NCBI GenBank assembly: GCA_963678315.1
Contig: OY782781.1
Span: 2,208,001-2,272,000 of the forward strand
Reading direction: 5' to 3'
DNA from: Candidatus Cloacimonadales bacterium
GTDB lineage: Bacteria; Cloacimonadota; Cloacimonadia; Cloacimonadales; JAFGVF01
Length of the DNA: 64,000 nucleotides
Below are positions 51,107 through 61,015 of this stretch, piece after piece. The notes below the pieces were generated by a model that saw only the letters and a program-made list of their open reading frames with translations, searched no databases and had not been told where the DNA came from. The first letter of the stretch is position 1; each line of letters starts with the position of its first letter. The position numbers and the translations under genes were made by a program.

Positions 51107-52063
51107 CTATTTTATAATTGTAATTTTCTTAACTTGACTCCTTTCCCCATACTTAACATTTAGAAAGTATATGCCAGACGGATAATCTAAATTCTGAATC
51201 TGAAAATATCCTTTCTTTGATTTAAGATTGTTTTCAGAATAAACTAATCTACCTCTAAGGTCATAGAGAGACAGACTTATATTCTTATTACTTTTTTCCA
51301 TAAATTCAATATTGAAACTGTTTATACAAGGTTGCGGATATATCTGTTTGATTAGCTGATTCTGCATAGGTTCAACCTCTTGAGAATTTGACACTGTTTT
51401 ATGGTAGGTTACGATTAAGTGCGGATCATATGAATTTGATGAGGTTGGGTTATTTGAATATGAAACATAATCTGCTTCATATAGTCCTATATCATGACCT
51501 GGAGGGAATCTCAGTCTAAACTGTGAGTATCCACGTGAATGTTCTATATCATTAAGATAGCTCTCAGTAATTGGAAAGGAGACCCAGCCAACATGACCAC
51601 TATCTTGCAGAACACCTACATTGGAAGTAAGTGGTTCAAGATCAAAAACAGAAGGAGCTAAAGTCTCATACTCTATGTGGTCTATATTTACTGAGTAGGG
51701 TGTAGTGTAGTAGTGTGGCCAAACAAGATCTATCCCATTATCCCAATAGCGCCAACAGTAAAGTTGAAGTATTACATTTGCCACGACGTAATCATTGGGA
51801 ACAGGAATAGTCTCGAATGAAATAAATGATCTTAATTCAAAAATACCGGTTCCAACAAACTGAGCATAACCGTAGCCAATGTCTAAAGTTGTTAGATTGG
51901 GAAAATTGTAATAATCATGATAATCCATATTATAGTATATAGTCCCAGTCATAGGATTAGGTTCAGAGTATATTGTGTCAACAAGAACTGAGTCATCTCT
52001 ATCAGCATATAATTGTAGAATTAAGCTATATAGAATTAAAAAGATTAATAGATATCTCTTCAT
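51107..52063 (-). CDS. Secreted DNRLRE/CBM96-like domain protein with T9SS-type CTD, tandem copy 2
   Basis: Signal peptide; RSFISF...PHLIVTY domain; CTD IYPQP...YDLRGRLV...SGIYF...KKITIIK. Confidence 0.7.
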   Translation of the reverse strand: MKRYLLIFLILYSLILQLYADRDDSVLVDTIYSEPNPMTGTIYYNMDYHDYYNFPNLTTLDIGYGYAQFVGTGIFELRSFISFETIPVPNDYVVANVILQLYCWRYWDNGIDLVWPHYYTTPYSVNIDHIEYETLAPSVFDLEPLTSNVGVLQDSGHVGWVSFPITESYLNDIEHSRGYSQFRLRFPPGHDIGLYEADYVSYSNNPTSSNSYDPHLIVTYHKTVSNSQEVEPMQNQLIKQIYPQPCINSFNIEFMEKSNKNISLSLYDLRGRLVYSENNLKSKKGYFQIQNLDYPSGIYFLNVKYGERSQVKKITIIK

Positions 52064-52086
52064 TTCTTCCTCCTATTTATTTGCTA

Positions 52087-53043
52087 TTATTTTATAATTG
52101 TGATTTTCTTAACTTGACTTCTTTTCCCATCCTTAACCTTGATAAAATATATTCCTGATGGATAATCTAAGTTTTGCATTCGGAAAAGCCCCTTATTTGA
52201 TTTTAGATTATTTTCAGAATAAACTAATCTACCTCTAAGGTCATAAAGAGACAGACTTATGTTCTTATTACTTTTTTCCATAAATTCAATATTGAAACTG
52301 TTTATACAAGGTTGCGGATAGATCTGTTTGATTATTTGCTCCTGCATAGGTGTAACCTCTTCAGAATTTGACACTGATTTATGGTAGGTTACGATTAGGT
52401 GTGGATCATGCGAACTAGATGAAGTTGGGTTATTTGAATAATTTACAACATCTGCTTCATATAGAGATATATCATGACCTGGTGGAAATCTCAGCCTAAA
52501 CTGAGAATAATCATGCGATTGTTCAATATCGTTAAGATAGCTCTCAGTAATCGGGAAGGAAATCCAACCAACATAAGCACTATCCTGCAAGACCCCCACA
52601 CTGGAAGTAAGTGACTCAACATCGAAAACTGAAGGTTCTAAGGCTCCAAACTGTATGTGATCAATATTTACTGAATAAGGTGTAGAATAATAGTGTGGCC
52701 ATATAAAGTCGGTGCCATTATCCCAATAGTACTGACATTTAAGACGTAACATTACACTTGATATGACGTAATCATTGGGAACAGGAATAGTCTCGAATGA
52801 AATAAATGATCTTAATTCAAAAATACCGGTTCCAACAAACTGAGCGTAACCATAACCAATTTCTAAGGATGTTTGATTGGGAAAGTTATAATAATCATGA
52901 TAATCCATACTATAGTATATAGTCCCAGTCATAGGATTAGGCTCAGCGTATATTGTATCAACAAGAACTGATTCATATCTATCAGCATATAACTGTAGAA
53001 TTATGCTAAGTAGAATTAATAAGATTAAGAGATGTCTCTTCAT
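52087..53043 (-). CDS. Secreted DNRLRE/CBM96-like domain protein with T9SS-type CTD, tandem copy 1
   Basis: Gap-free paralogue of 51107-52063 at an offset of exactly 980 bp. Confidence 0.7.
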   Translation of the reverse strand: MKRHLLILLILLSIILQLYADRYESVLVDTIYAEPNPMTGTIYYSMDYHDYYNFPNQTSLEIGYGYAQFVGTGIFELRSFISFETIPVPNDYVISSVMLRLKCQYYWDNGTDFIWPHYYSTPYSVNIDHIQFGALEPSVFDVESLTSSVGVLQDSAYVGWISFPITESYLNDIEQSHDYSQFRLRFPPGHDISLYEADVVNYSNNPTSSSSHDPHLIVTYHKSVSNSEEVTPMQEQIIKQIYPQPCINSFNIEFMEKSNKNISLSLYDLRGRLVYSENNLKSNKGLFRMQNLDYPSGIYFIKVKDGKRSQVKKITIIK

Positions 53044-53350
53044 TTTTCCTCCATTTTAATGTATAAATTAATTATTTTTTCAAAACATATTATTAAGATT
53101 TAATCTGATAATAAAAAACTTCCCTAACCAAGTAATAGTTTATTTTAAAGCTGATCATTGAATTTATTTAAGTTTCTATACTTTCTTACAAGATAAAACA
53201 TTTAGCAAAAACCATTTTGAAAATAGTTAGTATTTTATTTATTGTCAATTACTTTATATACTTTTTACATAAAAGGGTATTAGAAAAGGCTTTTTCATGC
53301 TAAATGGACGATCTAAACCTGATAATATTTGGTTATACTAATAAGCCATG

Positions 53351-53398
53351 CTTAATAGCCTCTTGCATTAAACCGCTTTTTTATGCAAGAGGCAAGTA
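53351..53398. repeat. REP-like hairpin, family A copy 3
   Basis: CTTAA-TA-GCCTCTTGCAT...ATGCAAGAGGC-AAGTA. Confidence 0.65.
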
Positions 53399-53424
53399 AA
53401 CACGACATAATAGCCATTAAAGAC

Positions 53425-53459
53425 AAAAAAAGAGAGAGTACTGAAATTCAGTACTCTCT
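53425..53459 (-). terminator. Intrinsic terminator of iorAB
   Basis: AGAGAGTACTGAA/TTCAGTACTCTCT hairpin with A-tract. Confidence 0.85.
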
Positions 53460-53507
53460 ATAGAACTAAAGCTTAGCTCTTAATCTTTTAATTTATATAA
53501 TCTTAAA

Positions 53508-54083
53508 CTATTTTTTAGCAGCTTCGTAACCAGCTTTAAGAGCTTTTACATTAGCTTGAACAATAGCTTCACCTTTTCTACCAAAAACAGCATTAATTGC
53601 CTCTTCAAGTTTTTCTAAAGAAAGACCTAAAATCTGTGCAGATGCTCCTAGCATTACAATATTCATTGAACGAGCTGAACCGCAATCTTTAGCAATTGCA
53701 TCAGCATCTATAAGAATATGGTTTTCTAAGCTTTCAATCTTTTTATACACTTCTTCAGCTTCAGGATAATTAGGAATGTTCACAAAAGGTGTTTTGTTAG
53801 CAACAACCCAACCTGTTTTGCTTAAGTAAGGTAGGTATCTTAATGATTCCATAGGTTCAACTGAAAGAATTAAATCAGCTCCACCCATAGGGATTAAATC
53901 AGAATGAATTTCATCATCAGAGATTCTTAAATGTGATTGTACATCACCACCACGCTGAGACATTCCGTGAACTTCTGCTTGCTTAATATTCATGTTTGTT
54001 GAAAGAGCTGCATGACCAATCATAGTAGCGATAGTCAAAATACCTTGTCCACCAACACCAGCTAAAATTATATCTTTTTTCAT
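53508..54083 (-). CDS. iorB: Indolepyruvate:ferredoxin oxidoreductase beta subunit
   Basis: GVGGQG and AEVHGMSQRGGDV motifs. Confidence 0.94.
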   Translation of the reverse strand: MKKDIILAGVGGQGILTIATMIGHAALSTNMNIKQAEVHGMSQRGGDVQSHLRISDDEIHSDLIPMGGADLILSVEPMESLRYLPYLSKTGWVVANKTPFVNIPNYPEAEEVYKKIESLENHILIDADAIAKDCGSARSMNIVMLGASAQILGLSLEKLEEAINAVFGRKGEAIVQANVKALKAGYEAAKK

Positions 54084-54093
54084 GTCTTGGCTC

Positions 54094-55680
54094 CTATCTT
54101 TTCTTTCTTTTTAATGTTTGGATACATTCTCTTCTTGGAATGATTACAGAAACGCCATCATACTCAATTTCTTCTCTGAAGATTTCAACATTCTTTTCAT
54201 GTTGGTTTTTAAGAGGAGTAATTACGCGGATGTGAGCAGGATCAACACCAAGACCTTCACATACAGCTTCAATTCTACCGAAACCTGTATAGTCTTGACC
54301 ACCTGTCATACCTGTTGTACTGTTATCTAAAATAACTACAACTAAGTTGTTTTTATCAAATACGCAGTCCATAAGACCTGTCATACCTGAATGGAAGAAA
54401 GTAGAGTCACCAATAACGGCAATAGCAGGATGAAGACCTGCATCAGCAGCACCTTTAGCCATTGTGATAGAAGCACCCATATCAAGACATGTATTAATAG
54501 CATTATAAGGAGGTAAGAAACCTAGAGTATAACAACCGATGTCTGAGAATACTTTGCCCATAGGGTAATCTTTTAATACTTCATTGATAGCACCAAAAGA
54601 ATCAATGTGAGGACAACCAACACAAAGTGCAGGTGGTCTTCCAGCAACCATTTCTGGTACATTTTCACCGTATGTATCTTCTAAACCAAGAGCTTTAGCT
54701 ACATGATTAGGGTTTAACTCACCTACACGTGGAAGAGTGCCATCTAATCTACCTTTCACTTTATCATTACCAGAGATAAAACCTTTAAGTTGTTGCTCTA
54801 CAACAGGCATACCTTCTTCAATAACAAGAACTTTATCACATTCGTTGAACATTCTTTCAACTTGTTTTCTTGGTAGTGGATATTGAGATATTTTAAGGAT
54901 AGGATGTTTAAAATCAACTTTTTGAACATTTTCCATTAAGTAGTTATAACCTAAACCACAAGCAATAACACCAAGACTCCTATCTTCACCATCAACATAC
55001 TTGTTAAATGGAGATTCTTCAGAAGCTTTTTCTAATTCAGCTTGCATTGGTACTAATACATCGTACTTTGCCCTTGACATAGCAGGTAGAAGCATGAATT
55101 GATTAGGGTTTTCAGGAAGTTTTATATCATTAAGAGGTAAAACTTCTTTAGTTTCAACACCAGCTCTCGAGTGAGAAAGTCTAGTTTCTAATCTAAGCAT
55201 TACTGGTAATTTAAACTTTTCAGAAAGTTCAAAAGCATGGAAAGCAGCATCATAGCATTCTTGTTGATTTGATGGCTCAATACAAGGGATTAATGCAAAA
55301 TTAGCAAAGACTCTAGAGTCTTGTTCATTTTGTGAAGAGTGCATTGAAGGATCATCAGCAACTGCAACAATAAGTCCACCATTAGCACCAGTCATAGCTG
55401 AGTTCATGAATGGATCAGCTGCAACATTAAGTCCAACGTGTTTCATCGTTACCATAGTTCTTTTGCCAGTATAAGACATACCAACAGCAGCTTCCATAGC
55501 AGTTTTTTCATTTGAAGCCCAAGTTCTATGAACTTGTCTTTCTTCAGCTAGTTGATTTTTTTGTACATATTCAATAATTTCGGTTGAAGGTGTTCCTGGA
55601 TAACCAAAAGCACCAGACATACCAGCATCTAACGCACCTTGCGCCAGAGCTTCATCGCCGAGTAGTAGTAATTTTTTCAT
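54094..55680 (-). CDS. iorA: Indolepyruvate:ferredoxin oxidoreductase alpha subunit (short form)
   Basis: YPGTPSTEI, MKHVGLNVAAD, SSQNEQDSR, CVGCPH, DIGCY and GDSTFFHSG motifs. Confidence 0.94.
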   Translation of the reverse strand: MKKLLLLGDEALAQGALDAGMSGAFGYPGTPSTEIIEYVQKNQLAEERQVHRTWASNEKTAMEAAVGMSYTGKRTMVTMKHVGLNVAADPFMNSAMTGANGGLIVAVADDPSMHSSQNEQDSRVFANFALIPCIEPSNQQECYDAAFHAFELSEKFKLPVMLRLETRLSHSRAGVETKEVLPLNDIKLPENPNQFMLLPAMSRAKYDVLVPMQAELEKASEESPFNKYVDGEDRSLGVIACGLGYNYLMENVQKVDFKHPILKISQYPLPRKQVERMFNECDKVLVIEEGMPVVEQQLKGFISGNDKVKGRLDGTLPRVGELNPNHVAKALGLEDTYGENVPEMVAGRPPALCVGCPHIDSFGAINEVLKDYPMGKVFSDIGCYTLGFLPPYNAINTCLDMGASITMAKGAADAGLHPAIAVIGDSTFFHSGMTGLMDCVFDKNNLVVVILDNSTTGMTGGQDYTGFGRIEAVCEGLGVDPAHIRVITPLKNQHEKNVEIFREEIEYDGVSVIIPRRECIQTLKRKKR

Positions 55681-55867
55681 ACTAACTCCTTATTCATATT
55701 TATGTTTTCTACCATTTTCTGATATTTGCTAATCTAAGGCAAGGATTTTTTTAAAATAGGCTTTGAATCGCTTTAAAAATATTGATTTAATAAAAATATA
55801 AATCATAATATAATAAAAAGTTTCAAATTGTAAGCTAATGTTGCAAGATACTTATATATCATTTACT

Positions 55868-55896
55868 TTGACAAAATAAATAGCAGTCTATATTTT
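55868..55896 (+). promoter_or_regulatory. Sigma70-type promoter of tnaA
   Basis: TTGACA-17 nt-TATTTT, with AGGAG SD downstream. Confidence 0.55.
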
Positions 55897-55935
55897 GACA
55901 ATAATTAACAAAATTATATAATATAGGAGAATTTT

Positions 55936-57309
55936 ATGGAAAAAATGCCATACGCAGAACCGTACAAAATTAAGATGGTTGAACCAATTAAAACAACTAC
56001 AAGAGAACAACGTGCTAAGCTTATTGAAGAAGCAGGATTCAATCTTTTTAATCTTAAAGCTGAAGATGTTAGAATCGATTTATTAACAGATTCTGGTACT
56101 GGTGCGATGTCAGATAAACAGTGGTCTGAATTAATGTTAGGTGATGAATCTTATGCAGGTTCTAATTCTTTCTTCAAAATGAAAGATACAATCAAAGAAA
56201 TTTTAGGTTTTGACTATGTTTTACCTACTCACCAAGGAAGAGCAGCTGAAAATGTTCTTTTCTCTGCTATAGTTAAAGCAGGTGATATTATTCCTGGTAA
56301 CAGTCATTTTGATACAACAAAAGGTCATATCGAATTTAGAAAAGCTTTTGCTGTTGACTGTACTATTGATGAAGCATTTGATCCAACATTAATTCACCCT
56401 TTTAAAGGTAACATAAATATTGAAAAGTTTGAAGAAGTTATCAAAACTAATAGAGATAAAGTTCCTTTTGCGGTTGTTACAGTAACATGTAATAACGGTG
56501 GTGGACAACCAGTTTCTTTGGCAAACTTAAAAGCAGTTAGAGAAGTAGCTGACAAATATGATTTACCTATCTTCTTTGATTCTGCAAGATTCGCTGAGAA
56601 TGCTTATTTTATTAAAATGAGAGAAGAAGGCTACGCAGATAAAACTATCAAAGAAATTGTTAAAGAAATGTACCAATATGCAGACGGAATGACAATGAGT
56701 TCAAAGAAAGATGCTATTGTTAACATCGGTGGTTTTATAGCTATGAGATCACAAGAACTCTACCAAAAATGTTCAACATTTAATATAATGTTTGAAGGTT
56801 ATTTATCTTATGGTGGTATGGCAGGTCGTGATATGGCTTGTCTTGCACAAGGTTTAAAAGAAAATACAGAATTTGAATCCTTGCACGCTAGAATGTCTCA
56901 AGTAGCATATCTTGGTCAAAGACTTAAAGAAGAAGGTATCCCTGTAATGGAACCATTCGGAGGTCATGCAATATATCTTGATGCATTAAGATTCTTACCA
57001 CACATTCCTCAAACTGAATTCTCTGCACAAGTATTGGGTATCGAGTTATATATCGAAGCAGGTGTACGTGGTGTAGAAATTGGAACTGTTCTTGCTGATA
57101 GAGACCCTGTTACAAGAGAGAATAGACCTCCAAAAACAGAATTGCTTAGACTTGCTATTCCTAGAAGAGTTTATACAAACAATCACATGGAAGTAATTGT
57201 TTGGGGTTGTAAGAAAGTTTGGGAAAGAAGAAATGAGTTGAAAGGTCTTGAGCTAGATTACGAAGCACCAATTATGAGACACTTCACAGCAACATTTAAA
57301 AGAAAATAG
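55936..57309 (+). CDS. tnaA: Tryptophanase
   Basis: DLLTDSGT, HQGRAAE and MSSKKD. FDTT and RHFTA match tryptophanase rather than tyrosine phenol-lyase (FTTT, RFFTA). Confidence 0.9.
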   Translation: MEKMPYAEPYKIKMVEPIKTTTREQRAKLIEEAGFNLFNLKAEDVRIDLLTDSGTGAMSDKQWSELMLGDESYAGSNSFFKMKDTIKEILGFDYVLPTHQGRAAENVLFSAIVKAGDIIPGNSHFDTTKGHIEFRKAFAVDCTIDEAFDPTLIHPFKGNINIEKFEEVIKTNRDKVPFAVVTVTCNNGGGQPVSLANLKAVREVADKYDLPIFFDSARFAENAYFIKMREEGYADKTIKEIVKEMYQYADGMTMSSKKDAIVNIGGFIAMRSQELYQKCSTFNIMFEGYLSYGGMAGRDMACLAQGLKENTEFESLHARMSQVAYLGQRLKEEGIPVMEPFGGHAIYLDALRFLPHIPQTEFSAQVLGIELYIEAGVRGVEIGTVLADRDPVTRENRPPKTELLRLAIPRRVYTNNHMEVIVWGCKKVWERRNELKGLELDYEAPIMRHFTATFKRK

Positions 57310-57323
57310 AATAATTTCACATT

Positions 57324-57353
57324 TAGAGTAGGTTTTTACGCCTACTCTATTTT
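57324..57353 (+). terminator. Intrinsic terminator after tnaA
   Basis: TAGAGTAGG...CCTACTCTA followed by TTTT. Confidence 0.75.
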
Positions 57354-57371
57354 ATTATTATAGGAGGCTTT

Positions 57372-58625
57372 ATGATAAAATGTATAGATGTATTAACTGA
57401 ACTGAACTTTGAACATTTAGCAGGTTCAAAAGAAGAGAAAATCGCTCGTGATATTATTAAGAAACACTTAGACCAATCTAATATTAAATATGAAGAACAA
57501 GAGTTTACGCTTCATGGCTTTGATCATGGTTCTGCACAGATAGATGTTGATGGACAATCATTAGATGCCAATCCTTATGGACTAGTGGAAACTTGCCAGA
57601 TATCAGGTCAGCTTTGTGTTTTAGATAACGCAAAAGTAATTGAGCACAATATAGGGGCTTTTAAAGATAAAATTATCATGTGTAAAGGGTCATCCAGAAA
57701 CGCTTTTGATATAATGCTAAAAACAGGTGTTAAAGGATTTATCTCTGTTGGAGCACCCGGGAAATTAGAAGCAAACTCATCACATAGACAAAAGAATGTC
57801 GAGTCTGGAATTCTTCCTTCTGTTACTATTTCTTACGATAATGCAGTAAAATTACTCAAATATAATGGACAAGAAATTAATATTTCCATCAATCAAGAAC
57901 GTTCAGAGAGAAAGGCTTATAATATAGTAGCTACTCTGGGAGAAAACAAGTTAGATGATAATATAACTTATCTTACAGCTCATTATGATACAGTTGCTCA
58001 ATCACATGGTTCTTCAGACAATGGTGCAGGAACTGTTGTTATTCTCAAAGCAGCCCAATACTTTGCTGAAAATAATCCAGCTAGAACTTTAAAAGTTATT
58101 TTCTGTAGTGGTGAAGAAATGGGATTACTTGGTTCAAGTGCTTATGTTCAATCTAACTTAGATGAAGTTAAGTCAAATGGTGCTTTTGTAGTTAATGTTG
58201 ATGTAGCAGGTGACTACTTTGGTTCTGACGCAATGATGGTTATTGGAACAAGTGATACAAAAGGCTATTTAGCTGGTATTTCTATGGAAAAAGGATTCCT
58301 ATTTAATAGTTCAATCAACATATATAGCTCAGATGCTATGCCTTTTGCTGTCTATGAAGTCCCTTCTGTGAATCTAGCTAGGTTTGGTGGTAATGCCTCT
58401 TCTGTTATTCATACAGCAGATGATAGAATTGAAAATATAAGTAGTGATAATCTAGACTTCTATTACAATGCAACAATAAATATTCTCGATAGAGTTTTAA
58501 ATTCTAAAGTTTGGCCAATTCAAAAAGAAATAGATCCTAAACTTCGTCCTAAGATTGAAAAATATATGTGGGGTTCACGAAGAGAAGCTCCAAAATTGGA
58601 ATGGAAAGCTGGATTTAAGAAATAA
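57372..58625 (+). CDS. M28-family peptidase with PA-like insert
   Basis: AHYDT, DNGAG, EEMGLLGS, SDAMPF and IHTADD motifs. Confidence 0.88.
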   Translation: MIKCIDVLTELNFEHLAGSKEEKIARDIIKKHLDQSNIKYEEQEFTLHGFDHGSAQIDVDGQSLDANPYGLVETCQISGQLCVLDNAKVIEHNIGAFKDKIIMCKGSSRNAFDIMLKTGVKGFISVGAPGKLEANSSHRQKNVESGILPSVTISYDNAVKLLKYNGQEINISINQERSERKAYNIVATLGENKLDDNITYLTAHYDTVAQSHGSSDNGAGTVVILKAAQYFAENNPARTLKVIFCSGEEMGLLGSSAYVQSNLDEVKSNGAFVVNVDVAGDYFGSDAMMVIGTSDTKGYLAGISMEKGFLFNSSINIYSSDAMPFAVYEVPSVNLARFGGNASSVIHTADDRIENISSDNLDFYYNATINILDRVLNSKVWPIQKEIDPKLRPKIEKYMWGSRREAPKLEWKAGFKK

Positions 58626-58775
58626 TTAATTACTTTAATAAACTTTCTTTATTTATTATATATTAATATTATAAGTATATATCTAAAATGATTAAATAAA
58701 AAAGTTATAAGTAACTAATTGACAATCTAGCAGAATGTTTTAAAAAGTGCCAAAAAAACAATATTGAGGTAAGAC

Positions 58776-59618
58776 ATGGAAGAAAACAAAAGTAAAGAAC
58801 AAGAAATTAAAGAAACTCAATATCAAGAGAATCTTTCAAGAATTAAGAATAGAATCGTAGTTATTAGTGGTAAAGGTGGTGTTGGAAAATCAACTACCAC
58901 AGTTAATATTGCTTATGGTTTAGCCTTTGCTGGTAAAAAAGTAGGTATCATTGATGTTGATATTCATGGTCCTTCTATTGCGAAGATGATGGGCATTGAA
59001 GGTAAAAATCTTCAAGCTGACCCTAAAACTGGTCGTCCTGTACCAATTAAAGTTCATGATAATATGCATGTTCTTACTATTGCTACATTAATGCCAAATC
59101 AAGATGATCCGCTAATATGGAGAGGTCCTCTTAAAATGGGATTAATCAAACAATTCTTACAAGACATTGAATGGCCAGAAATTGATTACTTAGTAGTTGA
59201 TTGCCCTCCAGGAACAGGTGACGAACCATTATCAATAGTACAACTTCTTGGTAAAGTTGATGGTTCAGTAATAGTTTCTACACCGCAAGATGTAGCTTTC
59301 TTAGACGCTAGAAAGACAATTAAATTTAGCGAAAAGATGAATGTACCTATTCTAGGTATTGTAGAAAACATGGCTTCATTTGTATGCCCTCACTGTGGAG
59401 AGCCTATTGACTTATTCAAAGGTGAAGGAGCTGTTAAGGCTGCAAAAGACTTTGGTGTTGAAATCATTGGAAAAATTCCTGTTGATATTAACATTCCAAA
59501 AACAACTGACGAAGGAAGACCTTACATCTATGATTTCGGAAAAACTGCTGGTGCTGCTGAATTTACTAAAGTAGTTCACCGTATTATCGAAAAGATTGAA
59601 GATGTAAACATAGATTAA
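58776..59618 (+). CDS. Mrp/NBP35 (ApbC) Fe-S cluster carrier ATPase
   Basis: SGKGGVGKST, DCPPGTGDE and ENM...CPHC motifs. Confidence 0.95.
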   Translation: MEENKSKEQEIKETQYQENLSRIKNRIVVISGKGGVGKSTTTVNIAYGLAFAGKKVGIIDVDIHGPSIAKMMGIEGKNLQADPKTGRPVPIKVHDNMHVLTIATLMPNQDDPLIWRGPLKMGLIKQFLQDIEWPEIDYLVVDCPPGTGDEPLSIVQLLGKVDGSVIVSTPQDVAFLDARKTIKFSEKMNVPILGIVENMASFVCPHCGEPIDLFKGEGAVKAAKDFGVEIIGKIPVDINIPKTTDEGRPYIYDFGKTAGAAEFTKVVHRIIEKIEDVNID

Positions 59619-59641
59619 TATAATATATCTAAACTAAATTT

Positions 59642-59672
59642 AGAGAATGTAGATTTCTGCATTCTCTTTTTT
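59642..59672 (+). terminator. Intrinsic terminator after mrp
   Basis: AGAGAATGTAGA/TCTGCATTCTCT stem with T-tract. Confidence 0.75.
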
Positions 59673-59691
59673 ATCATAAATGGACAGGAAT

Positions 59692-60930
59692 ATGAAATTT
59701 GATGTTATTGTTATTGGTGCTGGAGCAGCAGGAATGCTATGTGCAGGAAAATTAAGCAGTAATGGTTTAAGAACACTACTAATAGAAAAGAAGCCAAAGG
59801 CAGGTAGTAAACTTAGGATTACAGGTAAAGGTAGATGCAATATTACTAATGATTCTAATATGAAGGAGCACCTAAGTCATTTATACCCAAAAGCTAACTT
59901 TCTACGTAATGCATATTCATCTTTCTTTGTTGAAGATATAATTAAGTTACTTAACCAATATGGTGTTGAAACTAAAGTTGAAAGAGGTAATAGGGTCTTC
60001 CCAGTATCAGATAAAGCACAAGACGTTGTAGATGCTTTTGAAAAGTTCTGTTTTGAAAATGGAACTAAGTTTAACTTTAATGATAGCGTGATATCTGTTA
60101 GTAAGCTTGGCTCTGAGTTTAAAGTAAAAACAAAAGCTGGACAAGAATATCAGGCTGTTAATGTAATCATAGCTACTGGAGGCAAGTCATATCCAGTAAC
60201 AGGCTCAACAGGTGACGGTTTTACTATAGCAAAGACCTTAGGCCATACAATAATTAAACCCTTTCCAGCCTTAGTTCCATTTGAAACTCAAGGAAACTTA
60301 GCCCAACAAATGCAAGGTGTTTCTCTTAAGAATGTTTCTGCTTCAATTTGGCAAGACAACAAGAAGCTTCATGAAGAGTTTGGAGAAATGATGTTTACCC
60401 ATTTTGGAGTCACAGGTCCAATTATTTTAACATTAAGTAATCTAGTTTGCCGGTCAAACTTTGAGAACGTTGAGCTTCACATAGATCTAAAGCCTGCCAT
60501 TTCTCACAAAGAGTTAGATCAACGCATTCTTAAAGATATAGACCTGCATGGCAATCAATCATTTGAAAGCTTACTTAAGGGTTATTTACCTCGTAAAATG
60601 ATATCAGTTTGTGCCGATTCGATTAAAGTATCATTAGATAAAAAAGTTAATCAGATTAGCTCAACAGACAGAAAGAATCTAAGAGCATGGTTAAAAGACT
60701 TAAGACTAATAATAAAAGGAACAAGGTCGTTCAAAGAAGCTATTATTACTTCGGGAGGTGTAAGTCTCGATGATATTAATAAAAAGACTATGGAATCAAA
60801 AATAGTAGCTAATCTATATTTTATAGGAGAAGTAATAGACCTTCATGCCGATACAGGTGGTTTTAATTTGCAAATTGCGTATTCAACAGCATATTTAGCT
60901 GCAAAATCAATAATAAAAAGTATGTTATAA
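59692..60930 (+). CDS. HI0933/BaiN-family flavoprotein oxidoreductase
   Basis: GAGAAG, TGKGRCNITN, ATGGKSYP, FTHFGVTGP and TGGFNLQ motifs. Confidence 0.93.
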   Translation: MKFDVIVIGAGAAGMLCAGKLSSNGLRTLLIEKKPKAGSKLRITGKGRCNITNDSNMKEHLSHLYPKANFLRNAYSSFFVEDIIKLLNQYGVETKVERGNRVFPVSDKAQDVVDAFEKFCFENGTKFNFNDSVISVSKLGSEFKVKTKAGQEYQAVNVIIATGGKSYPVTGSTGDGFTIAKTLGHTIIKPFPALVPFETQGNLAQQMQGVSLKNVSASIWQDNKKLHEEFGEMMFTHFGVTGPIILTLSNLVCRSNFENVELHIDLKPAISHKELDQRILKDIDLHGNQSFESLLKGYLPRKMISVCADSIKVSLDKKVNQISSTDRKNLRAWLKDLRLIIKGTRSFKEAIITSGGVSLDDINKKTMESKIVANLYFIGEVIDLHADTGGFNLQIAYSTAYLAAKSIIKSML

Positions 60931-60969
60931 GTTTGATCTAAATAATACACAGGTTTAACTAAGCAATAT

Positions 60970-60997
60970 AAAAAGCCTACTTGATAAAAGTAGGCTT
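60970..60997. terminator. Terminator between convergent genes
   Basis: AAGCCTACTT...AAGTAGGCTT hairpin. Confidence 0.8.
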
Positions 60998-61015
60998 AAT
61001 TTGTTTAAATAATGA

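Noticed and set aside
51107..53043. Diversity-generating retroelement template/variable repeat pair
   Set aside because: Both copies are full genes, the differences are not confined to adenines, and no reverse transcriptase is present in the window.
55681..55935. TnaC leader peptide or T-box upstream of tnaA
   Set aside because: No Trp-containing short ORF with an SD and no T-box motif; the promoter lies close to the start codon.
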